This document shows positions 36,268-45,747 of a stretch of 64,000 nucleotides of DNA, piece after piece. The position numbers and the translations under genes were made by a program. This DNA comes from Candidatus Zhuqueibacterota bacterium. Its GTDB lineage: Bacteria > BS750m-G25. The stretch is from the NCBI GenBank assembly GCA_016783505.1, contig JADHWK010000001.1, forward strand, positions 124,001 to 188,000, written 5' to 3'. The notes beneath the pieces are model-generated. The model saw only the letters and a program-made list of their open reading frames with translations. It was not told where the DNA came from and searched no databases. How positions within the stretch are numbered: position 1 is the first letter of the stretch; every line of letters starts with the position of its first letter.

Positions 36268-37047
36268 TTATAGTAACGACTGAACGAGCGATCGAACCCC
36301 CAAGAACAAATAATCCCCGCAGAATAGGGAGAGCCACGCCCCTAGGGCTAAAAATATTCCAAACGGAATCCGGTCCCCGAATCTCCTCCGGCCCAGAAGC
36401 ACTAGCACCGACCAGCCCACCAGCCCTAAAACAGCGGCCAAGAAGAGGGCCAAAAGGCCACGGGGCCAGCCCAAAAACAGCCCCACCATGGCTGTCAGTT
36501 TGATGTCTCCGCCCCCCATTCCCTTCTTCCTGAATAGCCACTGGCTTAGCCAGGCGATCCCCAGCAGAAGCCCGGCGCATAGGACCGCCCCCCCGATCCC
36601 GCTCAATACAGGAACGGGTCTGAAGGCGAAGAGGAAGAAAAGACCGACCCCCATGCCCGGAAAAACCAATCGGTCCGGCAGCAGAAAATACTGACCGTCA
36701 ATGAAGCTCAGGGCCACCAACAGGGAGCTGAAGATGATCATTTGGAAAAAAACCGATGATAAACCGAACTTCAAATAGGACGCCACCCACAAAATCGTGT
36801 TCAACAGCTCTACTACGGGATAGCGTGCTGGGATCGGGGAGCGACAGACCCGACATTTCCCCCCCAGCAAAAGGTAACTGATGAGGGGAATGTTGTCAGC
36901 CCATCGAATTGGGACCCCGCACCGGGGGCACCGGGACCCCGGCCTTAAGATTGACTCCCCCCGGGGGAGGCGGTGGATGAGGACGTTCAGAAAGCTTCCC
37001 GCCGCCAGCCCTAACAGAATAACGAAAATAATAATTAGAGTATTCAA
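36268..37047 (-). CDS. pilD: Prepilin peptidase (A24)
   Basis: GSFLNVLIHRLP, two CxxC pairs, IDxxxxLLPD and GMGGGDIKL. Confidence 0.96.
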   Translation of the reverse strand: MNTLIIIFVILLGLAAGSFLNVLIHRLPRGESILRPGSRCPRCGVPIRWADNIPLISYLLLGGKCRVCRSPIPARYPVVELLNTILWVASYLKFGLSSVFFQMIIFSSLLVALSFIDGQYFLLPDRLVFPGMGVGLFFLFAFRPVPVLSGIGGAVLCAGLLLGIAWLSQWLFRKKGMGGGDIKLTAMVGLFLGWPRGLLALFLAAVLGLVGWSVLVLLGRRRFGDRIPFGIFLALGAWLSLFCGDYLFLGVRSLVQSLL

Positions 37048-37067
37048 TCTATATGATTAAATATCAG

Positions 37068-37091
37068 AAAAGACACCTCGAAGTGTCTTTT
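37068..37091. terminator. Possible bidirectional terminator between pilC and pilD
   Basis: AAAAGACAC-CTCGAA-GTGTCTTTT. Confidence 0.5.
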
Positions 37092-37156
37092 CCAAGCAGG
37101 AATGAATTCTATTCTTAAAATGTTATATTATTTTCAAATCCCATTCAAGTCCTATC

Positions 37157-38407
37157 CTAAAGACCCCTCCTCAGGGCGGCTCCCAGGTAAAAGACGGGCA
37201 GGTAGATGGTGATAATTATAGATCCGATGACCACCCCAATGATAACGATGAGGATGGGCTCAATTAGGGAAGTCAGTCGGTCCACAATGGCGTCCACCTG
37301 CTTTTCATAGAAGATAGCCGCCTTGTTCAGCAGCCGGTCCATCTCACCGGTTTCCTCACCGGTGGCGATAAGCTGGAGGAGAATGGCGGGAAAGACCATG
37401 GTCTTCTTGAGGGCATTGGAAATGCTGAATCCGTCCTTGATCAGCCCCCTCGCCTGTGACAGTCCCCGTTCGATCACCTTATTGCCCACCACCCTCTGGG
37501 ACAGACTAATAGCCTCCATGATGGGCACCCCGGAGCCTATCAACACCCCGAAGGTCTTGGAAAATTTGTTCATAATGGCATTCTTAAGCAGGGAGCCCAG
37601 AACGGGAAATGCCAACAAAAGTCGGTCGAAGATAAACCGCCCCCGGTCAGTCATAGCAAGTAGCCAGAGAGAAATGAGGACCAATAGGGTGATCCCGCAG
37701 GCGGACAGGAAATTTTGGCTGATGGCCTGGCTGGCCCCCATCAGCATACGGGTAGGCCCTGGCAACTGGGCCCCTAACTTGGCATAAACCTCCCGGAACA
37801 TGGGGATAACGAACACAAAAATACCGATCAGCATGATCACCAGAAAGATGAATACGAAGAGGGGATAAGACATGGCCGAAAATACCTTGCGCCGAGTATC
37901 CGCCAGGGCTTCTATGTAATCCGACAGATCCTCCAGGATAGTGTGCAGATTGCCGCTGATCTCCCCTGCCTTGACCAACGCCACATACATGGGGGAGAAA
38001 ACGCCGGGATGCTTCTCCAGGGCGTCAGAAAGGGAAAAACCCTTCTTGATGTCAACGCTCAGCCGGCCCAGCACCTTTCGGAATCGTCTGTTTTTCTCCT
38101 CGTACTGGAGGCCAACGATAGATTTTTCCAGCGTCAGTCCCGCCGAGAACATAGTAGAGAGCTGCCGGGTGAAAAAGACCAGTATCTCTAAGGGCACCCG
38201 GGTCCGCAACCTATAGAAGAACAGAGCCACCTGATCCCCCAGGGCGGTCTTTTTCAAGGCGGTCTCCTTTTTGGCCTCCCGAACGGACAGGATGGTGCCC
38301 CCCTTCCCCTTCAACAGACTGATGGCAGCATCCAGATCAGAGGCCCGAACGAGACTCTCCTCCCGGCGGCCGCTGGGATCACGGATGACGTAACTATAAG
38401 TAGGCAT
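37157..38407 (-). CDS. pilC: Type IV pilus platform protein (T2SS F family)
   Basis: FFTRQLSTM, AGEISGNL, GEETGEM and SLIEP motifs. Confidence 0.95.
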   Translation of the reverse strand: MPTYSYVIRDPSGRREESLVRASDLDAAISLLKGKGGTILSVREAKKETALKKTALGDQVALFFYRLRTRVPLEILVFFTRQLSTMFSAGLTLEKSIVGLQYEEKNRRFRKVLGRLSVDIKKGFSLSDALEKHPGVFSPMYVALVKAGEISGNLHTILEDLSDYIEALADTRRKVFSAMSYPLFVFIFLVIMLIGIFVFVIPMFREVYAKLGAQLPGPTRMLMGASQAISQNFLSACGITLLVLISLWLLAMTDRGRFIFDRLLLAFPVLGSLLKNAIMNKFSKTFGVLIGSGVPIMEAISLSQRVVGNKVIERGLSQARGLIKDGFSISNALKKTMVFPAILLQLIATGEETGEMDRLLNKAAIFYEKQVDAIVDRLTSLIEPILIVIIGVVIGSIIITIYLPVFYLGAALRRGL

Positions 38408-38450
38408 AGGACATAACTGTCACTATCATGGGATTTCTAAGAATCAGTCT

Positions 38451-38544
38451 GAATGCAAATCGCAAAATTACTTTGTTTTATCGGTTATATTAATTTACGT
38501 TTTCATTTTGCATTTTTCCCGAATTTTCGGGACATTTTGCATTT
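38451..38544. repeat. 7-bp periodic inverted array (ATTTTGC-like) with an inserted TCCCGA palindrome
   Basis: gaatgcaaatcgcaaaatta ... taatttacgttttcattttgcatttt[tcccgaattttcggga]cattttgcattt. Confidence 0.65.
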
Positions 38545-38608
38545 ATCCATTGCGCCTATCAATTAGTTGTTACCATTCCCATTAAAGAGAGAAATGTTAA
38601 CCCTAATC

Positions 38609-38884
38609 TTACACTAACAGGCTTTTCTCTACCTCAAAATTCACCCTAAAAGGCAGATGAAAATCTGCATCTTGCTTAGCAAAAGAAATTGAAAAATCAG
38701 TAATTGTAAATCCAACCAATTCCTTTGTTTCGGGATGAAATCGCAAGATTATATTGTCACCGTATTCAACATAGTCTGTATATTCAGGATGTCCTTTGGT
38801 GACATAGAGCACATCTGCTTCACGATCATAAAACATACTGAACATATTTGATTTATTCATCACCATCATCTCTGGATTAGACAT
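38609..38884 (-). CDS. DUF2283-like small protein (orphan antitoxin-like)
   Basis: YDREADVLYV...IILRF...LVGFTI motif; AT-rich compared with its neighbours. Confidence 0.7.
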   Translation of the reverse strand: MSNPEMMVMNKSNMFSMFYDREADVLYVTKGHPEYTDYVEYGDNIILRFHPETKELVGFTITDFSISFAKQDADFHLPFRVNFEVEKSLLV

Positions 38885-38924
38885 GTTTTGCGGAGCAAAT
38901 TTCCAAATCCCCCTTATCGTCCCA

Positions 38925-40661
38925 TCATTCCTGGATCGTGGATCGCAGGACTTCTTTAACCGTAGTAATACCTTCGATCACCTTACGGATGCCCGAATCA
39001 CGCAGGGTAATCATTCCCAGGGAAAGAGCTTTTTCCCGGACATCCTCTAAATTGGCATTGTCGTAGATGAGCCGACGTATGGGTTGCTTGATTTCCAGGA
39101 TCTCAAAAATACCCGTCCGCCCGAAGTACCCGGTGTTACGGCAGTGGACACATCCCTTGCTTAAGTAAAAGAGGGTCTCTTTGTGCTCGGATGGGTCCAG
39201 ATCCAGCATCTCCAGTTCGGCGACCGAGGGACGATAGGACTCCTTGCAATGGGGGCAGATGGTGCGAACCAGCCGCTGGGACATGACCAGATTTAGGCAG
39301 GAACCCACCAGAAAAGGGGGTACCCCGATGTCTAAAAGGCGGGTGATGGTGGATGGGGCGTCGTTAGCGTGTAGGGTGGAGAAGACCAGATGGCCGGTGA
39401 GGGAGAACTTCACCGCAATGTCAGCCGTCTCGGCGTCCCGGATCTCACCGATCAGGAGGATGTCCGGATCCTGACGCAGGATGAATTTCAGGGTGCTGGC
39501 GAAGGTGAGCCCGATCTTCTCCTTGACCTGAACCTGATTGATCCCGTCCTGCTGGTATTCCACTGGGTCCTCTACGGTGGTGATATTGATTTCCGTAGAC
39601 TTGATCTCCTGGAGGGCGGCGTGCATGGTGGTAGATTTTCCACTCCCGGTGGGGCCCGCGATGATAATCATTCCATAGGGCTGGACGATCCATTTGCGGA
39701 AGATAGAGAGCATGCGCTGCTCGAATCCCAGTTGAGTCAGATCCATGCTAAAGCCCGTCTTATCCAGCAGGCGGAGCACGATCTTCTCCCCGAACACAGT
39801 TGGCAGCACAGACACTCGAATATCCAAATCCTTTTCCGGGGATCTGACAGTAAATCGTCCGTCCTGGGGGAGACGATGCTCGGCGATGTTCAGCCGGGAC
39901 AGGATTTTGATCCGGGAGACCACCCCGGGGAGGGAGGACTTGGGGACCGCCATTACCTCCCGGAGCACCCCATCAACCCGCAAGCGCACCACCATTGATT
40001 CCTGGGTAGTCTCGATATGGATGTCGGTAGCCCGCTCCCTGATGGCCTCCACCAGCATCATGTTCACCAGCTTAACGATGGGGGCATCGGCCAGGTCGGC
40101 CGGCATCTGGCTCATGTCAATCTCACCCTCCTCTTCCCCCTCTTCGGTCTCCCCGAAGAATCGCAGATCCTCCATCAGTTCGCTGACCTCACCCGACTTG
40201 CGGACCCGCACATAGAGCCTTTCAATGGCCTTGGAAATCCCGTCCTTGGTGGCGATCACCGGCTCCACCTGGAGCTTGGTCAGCTTTGACAGGTTGTCTA
40301 AAGCTACGATGTCGTCGGGGTCAATCATGGCCACCCGGAGGACGTTGTCGTGGCGGCGGAGGGCGATTAAGTTGTTGTCCCGGGCGAAGGACTCCGGGAT
40401 CAGGGATACGATTTTCTCGTCCGCTTCTAAGAGCTCATCGTCACCCACGGCGGCGATGCCCATCTGCTTGGCCAGGGCCTGGATGATCTTCCGACCGGTC
40501 AGAAGCTCCAGGTCCACCAGCACATCCCCCAGTTTTTTCTTAACCTTTTTCTGTTCGGCCAAGCTCCTATCCAACTGTTCCTGGGTGATGAACCCCTCCT
40601 TCACCAGGATAGAGCCTAACCGTTCGAATTGGGGACTGTAACCCCCTGATCTCTCAGCCAT
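38925..40661 (-). CDS. pilB: Type IV pilus extension ATPase (GspE/PilB)
   Basis: N-terminal RLGSILV/KLGDVLV (MshEN-like), GPTGSGKS, LRQDPD, TGHLVFSTLH, and zinc-binding CPHC/CVHC. Confidence 0.96.
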   Translation of the reverse strand: MAERSGGYSPQFERLGSILVKEGFITQEQLDRSLAEQKKVKKKLGDVLVDLELLTGRKIIQALAKQMGIAAVGDDELLEADEKIVSLIPESFARDNNLIALRRHDNVLRVAMIDPDDIVALDNLSKLTKLQVEPVIATKDGISKAIERLYVRVRKSGEVSELMEDLRFFGETEEGEEEGEIDMSQMPADLADAPIVKLVNMMLVEAIRERATDIHIETTQESMVVRLRVDGVLREVMAVPKSSLPGVVSRIKILSRLNIAEHRLPQDGRFTVRSPEKDLDIRVSVLPTVFGEKIVLRLLDKTGFSMDLTQLGFEQRMLSIFRKWIVQPYGMIIIAGPTGSGKSTTMHAALQEIKSTEINITTVEDPVEYQQDGINQVQVKEKIGLTFASTLKFILRQDPDILLIGEIRDAETADIAVKFSLTGHLVFSTLHANDAPSTITRLLDIGVPPFLVGSCLNLVMSQRLVRTICPHCKESYRPSVAELEMLDLDPSEHKETLFYLSKGCVHCRNTGYFGRTGIFEILEIKQPIRRLIYDNANLEDVREKALSLGMITLRDSGIRKVIEGITTVKEVLRSTIQE

Positions 40662-40688
40662 GATTGATACGCAATCAAAAAAACTTCT

Positions 40689-43439
40689 TTATCGCCCTAA
40701 TATTTCAACCATTATGTTAACCGGATCAGATGAAACACCCCAACCATGTGCGGATGCTTCAACCTGAGAGTCTTTTGAAGTCTGACCTGCAGCCACATCT
40801 AAGGTATACTGCAGTTCAGCTATTAACCAAAGCTTTGCCACACCTTCACTATTGGTAGTATCAAAATCCTGCTGAAACGGTACAATTGGGTCTGGGCAAA
40901 TTCCATCATCTTCTGGTCTATAGAATATCCCAAAATTACTGGAACTAAAATCTATTTGAACCCCAGAAATCGGATTGCCTGAATTGTCATGCAAGGTAGC
41001 AATACATTCAAACTCAGCCGGGTCCCCCTGCTGGGGATTACCGTAATTCCAATATATAGGAATGACATCCAAATTAACTTCGCATTGAACCAACGGCAGA
41101 TCATAATCTAACGTGTCCGAGATAGTATTGCCCTCAGCAGTGGTGCACGACGCGATAATCCTAACGGTGCTTAAGGATGCCCAATAAGGAAAGGTTAAAA
41201 TGGTATGGGCCAGCCCCTCTGTGGAATCACCGTTGGCGTCCGCATTTCCAGTGTGAGCCCCTCCCTGAATGGAAATCTCGGAGGTGTCGGGAACGTCAAG
41301 GGTGAAGGTAACGGCGGTACCATTCTGCACCGGATTTGCCCATTCATCGTTGACCATTGCCGTGACCCAGATATACCAGTAAGCCCCAACACCCGTCAAA
41401 TCACTGCCCACATTCAGACCAATAGCATAAGGGGATCCGGCTACGATAACTACATTACGGTTAGTAGCCTCAATGACATGATGGACAGTATCATTAATGA
41501 CAACCTCCGTCCACGCCCGGACGGTCACGATTCCTTTGACGGTGCCGCTGTTCAGGGTTGCCCTGGCTACCCCATTGCTGGTCTGGCTGGAATCGGATTC
41601 CCCCTCAATAAATATATTCACACCCCCACCGGGGTCGCTGACTATTTCGAAATGAACCCAGGTTCCATCAGGAACATAATTATAGCTGGCATCATAAACG
41701 GTGGCCAACAGGGTAGCGGATTCCGTTCCCCCCGTCCCGGCCACCTGAATTAGATTGGGTGACGCACTGAGGGTAATAGAGCTAGCCGCCCCTGATTCGA
41801 TGGTCACCGAAATAGAATCAACAATATTTCCAACAGAGGCCTTAATCTTAGCCACCCCGGCCTCAGCCCCGGCATTGAAGGGTACCTGAACCGCCCCAGT
41901 ATCATCGGTCACCGCCTCGGGGGTAATATAGCCCAGGTCGGTCTCAAAGGCCACCATTATTTCAGTCAATAGATTGCCGGTGCTATCGGAGACCACCGCT
42001 TTAATATTGGAGGTTTCCCCAGCATTTATGGTCCTGGGATTGGCGGTAAGCCCGATGGCGAATGGGGGTCCAGGGACGAACTCGATATGCAGGATGTTAG
42101 AGATCACCCCCCCGGCTTCCGCCGTCAAGGTGGCGGTTCCCACCTCATTACCGGTGACAAATTTAACCGAAGCCACCCCCCCCTGGTCCGTCAACACATT
42201 ATTGGAAAGGAAGCTTCCCCTGTCCGTATCGAAAAGCACCCTAATGGGAACGAAGGCCGCTTCTACCCCCCCATCGGGCAGTCTCTGGTACACCGTGGCC
42301 CGCACCCAGGTGGTATCGGTCCCGCTGGCCACCAGTTCCCCCACCGGTGCGTCTGTGGTCAGGTCTATGTAATCAACCGGGGGAAGGGAGTCAATCATGA
42401 TGTAGATGGTGTCCCTCACCGCCTGGTTGTCATAGAGCCAAACCAAGATCATGGCCGAATCGGGTACAGTAACAACCCCGTGATCGTCAAACTGGGTCAC
42501 CCCAATACCCGAAGAATCAGTGTAGATGGGAGAGCCGATGGTAGTCCCTACGGGCCAGGTAGAAAAATAGACCTCCGCATTGGGGATGGGGGAATTATGA
42601 ACATCCTTAACCAATACGGTGACGTTGGCGCACGTGCTTGGATTATTATCAGCATACATTAGCTTTGTGTCCGTCCATAAGATCAAGGTATCCTGGGTGA
42701 ACGGGGTGGGGTTTATGGTAATGTCCACTGAGTGGGATTTGGAGCCCACCCGGCCCACCACGTGGGCAACCCCGTATTCCCCCATGGCGTTGAACTGGGT
42801 GGTCACCTCGCCGTTTTCATCAGTGAGCCCGGGCTGATTCACCGAACCCAGGTCAGTCTCAAATTCGATCAAGACACTGTCTATGGTTAACCCTGATGCA
42901 TCACGAACCTTGGCTGTGATCGTGGATAATCCCGGCGTTCCCGGGGGAACGTTGATGACCACCGGGCTTGCAGTAACATAAATAGTATCAACCACACGGG
43001 TGGTTGATGTTGGTCGGATATGAATGCTATCTATACCGCTGTGGGAACCCACTCTGGCAATAATAAAAACCAAGCCCGTATCCCCGGGAATGGACGTAAA
43101 TTGAGTGCTCACAGTGCCGTTACTTACTGTTGTATCGGGGTTCGGAAGATCAATTATACCCCAGGCGGTGCTGGATGTATCCAACTCAAAACCTACAGAA
43201 ACCCCTTGAACGGCGATTCCCGTAACCGTAGTCACATGAGCGGTTACAGTAGCACTTCTTGCTTGACCGGGGGCAACATTGAGGATGCCCGGATCAGTTG
43301 TCACCGTAACCCTTCCCACCGTGCTGATTTTCTCCTGTTCCTCCTCCTCGGCGGTGGGGGACTGACGCCGGTCGCAGGTGGTCAAAAACCCCAGCCCAAA
43401 GACGACCAATAAACCCAACGGTATAATAATCTTTCTCAT
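40689..43439 (-). CDS. Lipoprotein with multiple invasin/Big_1-like Ig domains
   Basis: Lipobox-like LTTC; repeated TAxVxDxxGxx...VxFxTDLG...TDxxG units; ATG at 43439 after AAGGAGG. Confidence 0.8.
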   Translation of the reverse strand: MRKIIIPLGLLVVFGLGFLTTCDRRQSPTAEEEEQEKISTVGRVTVTTDPGILNVAPGQARSATVTAHVTTVTGIAVQGVSVGFELDTSSTAWGIIDLPNPDTTVSNGTVSTQFTSIPGDTGLVFIIARVGSHSGIDSIHIRPTSTTRVVDTIYVTASPVVINVPPGTPGLSTITAKVRDASGLTIDSVLIEFETDLGSVNQPGLTDENGEVTTQFNAMGEYGVAHVVGRVGSKSHSVDITINPTPFTQDTLILWTDTKLMYADNNPSTCANVTVLVKDVHNSPIPNAEVYFSTWPVGTTIGSPIYTDSSGIGVTQFDDHGVVTVPDSAMILVWLYDNQAVRDTIYIMIDSLPPVDYIDLTTDAPVGELVASGTDTTWVRATVYQRLPDGGVEAAFVPIRVLFDTDRGSFLSNNVLTDQGGVASVKFVTGNEVGTATLTAEAGGVISNILHIEFVPGPPFAIGLTANPRTINAGETSNIKAVVSDSTGNLLTEIMVAFETDLGYITPEAVTDDTGAVQVPFNAGAEAGVAKIKASVGNIVDSISVTIESGAASSITLSASPNLIQVAGTGGTESATLLATVYDASYNYVPDGTWVHFEIVSDPGGGVNIFIEGESDSSQTSNGVARATLNSGTVKGIVTVRAWTEVVINDTVHHVIEATNRNVVIVAGSPYAIGLNVGSDLTGVGAYWYIWVTAMVNDEWANPVQNGTAVTFTLDVPDTSEISIQGGAHTGNADANGDSTEGLAHTILTFPYWASLSTVRIIASCTTAEGNTISDTLDYDLPLVQCEVNLDVIPIYWNYGNPQQGDPAEFECIATLHDNSGNPISGVQIDFSSSNFGIFYRPEDDGICPDPIVPFQQDFDTTNSEGVAKLWLIAELQYTLDVAAGQTSKDSQVEASAHGWGVSSDPVNIMVEILGR

Positions 43440-43573
43440 CCCGTCCTCCTTTGAAGGCAATCCCCCGAATTTAAACCGTTACTTCAAGGTGGCACATTTT
43501 GTTGTCGTAAAAAATTCCAAACAGACCTTCATCCCGATACTTGGGAACTACAATCTAAAACCCTGCCCTTTGA

Positions 43574-43685
43574 TTTTCGCGGTTTACTTCCCTTCTCGCG
43601 GTTACAAATCAACCCAAAACTTGCCATCTATCATTGATTTCAAGGATATCTTGTAACCGCGAAAGTTCTCTTAACGCGAAAAATT
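43574..43685. repeat. TTCGCG-type inverted array
   Basis: ttttcgcggtttacttcccttctcgcggttacaa ... ttgtaaccgcgaaagttctcttaacgcgaaaa. Confidence 0.7.
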
Positions 43686-43738
43686 TTGAACCCCCAATGA
43701 ATAATCCAAACAGAAGCGATGTCATTATCAAGGTTTAA

Positions 43739-45205
43739 TCATTCTTCTTTTCGTCCCTTCTCCCCCGTTTCCCCTTCCCCATTCTCCTCCCCATCAATTC
43801 GTTCCAATTCTTCCTCAAAGTATTCCTCTTCTACCCTTTTAATCTCAGGGCTTTTTCTAACCGTGGTAGTGTCCACCTCGATGATGTGGGGGGTTACCTG
43901 GATGATGAGGTCGGTCTTCCTGACCCTCTCGCTTTCGTGGCGGAACAGCCTGCCGATGAAGGGAATGTCTCCCAAGAGGGGGATTTTATAGACGGTCACA
44001 CTCCGATCAGCCCCTAACAGCCCGGCGATGATGATGGTCTGGCCGCTCTTCACCCGAATGGTGGTGGTGGCGGTGCGGCGCTTGATCCAGGGAATATTCT
44101 TGTCAGGACCGATGAGCTGGAACACCGTAGAGAGCTCCGGGGTGATGGTGGTGGTGATGTAGCCGTCCTTGTTGACCGTAGGGGTAATGTGGAGCTTCAC
44201 CCCCACCTCCTCCCGTTGGACCTGCACCTGTCCCCCCAGCCCGCCGGCGGACAGGATGTAGGGAATGACGTCAATGACCTCCAGGGTGGCCGGTCGGTTG
44301 TTCATGGTGGCGATCTGGGAGTTGGCCAAAACATCGGCCTTGTTGTGCTTGATCAGGTAGTCTAAGGTGATGTCGAAGGCTGTCAACTGACGGCTGAAAT
44401 AGCCCACGTTTTTCAATCCATCAATCTTCTGGAACGGCATCTGACGGGGAAGTTGATAAAGGTCGAGGGGCTCCAGCCGATCTGATATGGGGTCATACCC
44501 GGGAACCATCCCCTCGGGGAGGGCTCCGGCTCCCACCACATCCTCAGCGATAATGGTAGTCAATTGATTGAGCCTACTCCAGTCAATGCCCAGCTTCTCC
44601 TCCTCCTCGACGGAGACCTCAATAATCCTCGCCTCCAGCATGATCTGCAGGGCGGGCTCGTCAATCTCCTCAATAATCCGTCTTATCTCAGCGATAATCT
44701 TGGGGCTGGTGGTGATTAGGAGCTTGTTGCCGCTTTGATCCACGGTAATTTTTTCCGTCAAATCAACCAGCAGCTCCTTCACCTCGGCGGCATCAGCGTA
44801 TTGCAGGTTGATCACATAGGGGGTAAGGCCCACCTCCCCCCGCAGTTTCTCCGCCTTGGCCACTAAGAAAGAATTACCCACCACCTCATAGGAGAGCCCC
44901 GCCGCCCGCACCACCAGGTCCATGGCCTCCCCGATGGGGGTATCTTTAAGGTGAATGGATATCTTCTCGTGTTTGGTGACGTCGGGCGAGGTGACGATGT
45001 TAAACCCGCTCTTTTCCGCTAAGATAGTGAGCACACTGGGCAGGTAGGCGTCGTCGGCGTCAATGGTCACCAATCTCTTTAGGCCCTCCTCCAGCCCTGC
45101 TACCGTCTCCGACGGGAGGCCAAGGCTGTCCTGACCGGCCGGGGATAATCGGAACCCAAAACCCAGCAAACAACCTATTGCAAGCGTCATAAAAACCGAT
45201 CTCAT
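43739..45205 (-). CDS. pilQ: Outer-membrane secretin, short, without AMIN domains
   Basis: N0/STN-like domain, LQYADA N-domain, QIMLEARIIEV, LGIDW and KIPLLGDIPFIGRLFR. Confidence 0.9.
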   Translation of the reverse strand: MRSVFMTLAIGCLLGFGFRLSPAGQDSLGLPSETVAGLEEGLKRLVTIDADDAYLPSVLTILAEKSGFNIVTSPDVTKHEKISIHLKDTPIGEAMDLVVRAAGLSYEVVGNSFLVAKAEKLRGEVGLTPYVINLQYADAAEVKELLVDLTEKITVDQSGNKLLITTSPKIIAEIRRIIEEIDEPALQIMLEARIIEVSVEEEEKLGIDWSRLNQLTTIIAEDVVGAGALPEGMVPGYDPISDRLEPLDLYQLPRQMPFQKIDGLKNVGYFSRQLTAFDITLDYLIKHNKADVLANSQIATMNNRPATLEVIDVIPYILSAGGLGGQVQVQREEVGVKLHITPTVNKDGYITTTITPELSTVFQLIGPDKNIPWIKRRTATTTIRVKSGQTIIIAGLLGADRSVTVYKIPLLGDIPFIGRLFRHESERVRKTDLIIQVTPHIIEVDTTTVRKSPEIKRVEEEYFEEELERIDGEENGEGETGEKGRKEE

Positions 45206-45240
45206 TCTTCTCCCCACTTCCCATTCGTATGGCCGGGTCC

Positions 45241-45747
45241 CTATCCCTTCGGGGGCCGAAGGACCCTCTTTTTTCCGTTTGTCCGGTTTCTGATGGTCAC
45301 CTTCTTCTTTTCAATAGCGATCACCTCGTTCCCGTCAATGACATCCCCCACCTTCACCACGTGGCTTTTGAACCCTGTCTTAATGACCGCCGCCGCGGAG
45401 GGACCGGGCCCAATCACCGTAGCGCTCAGCCGCAACTCGCCGGAAAGCTCCTCGATGTCAGTAACGCCCATCCGGGTCAGGAAAGCCTTGCTTTTGATTA
45501 CCCTGGTCAGCTTCAGGGGGTCGGAGCCCAGCCGAAAGACAAAGCTTTTCCGATTTTTAAGCTCCGTCTCCAGTCGGGTTACCGTATTGACCAGCTCCTC
45601 ATCCGTCTCCAGGGTGGCCTCGGCCCTGGCCCGCAGGAAGACCTTTACCTGCCGATTCATATTTAGGGTGCGAAAGCCCACCCATCCCAACAGGACAAAG
45701 GCAAGCACTACCAACAAACCCCAGAGGGTATTGCTTTTCTGGGTCAT
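45241..45747 (-). CDS. PilP/GspC-like protein
   Basis: N-terminal TM segment, DP motif, C-terminal LSATV...AAVI...VKVGDVI HR-like domain; lies just before the secretin. Confidence 0.65.
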   Translation of the reverse strand: MTQKSNTLWGLLVVLAFVLLGWVGFRTLNMNRQVKVFLRARAEATLETDEELVNTVTRLETELKNRKSFVFRLGSDPLKLTRVIKSKAFLTRMGVTDIEELSGELRLSATVIGPGPSAAAVIKTGFKSHVVKVGDVIDGNEVIAIEKKKVTIRNRTNGKKRVLRPPKG

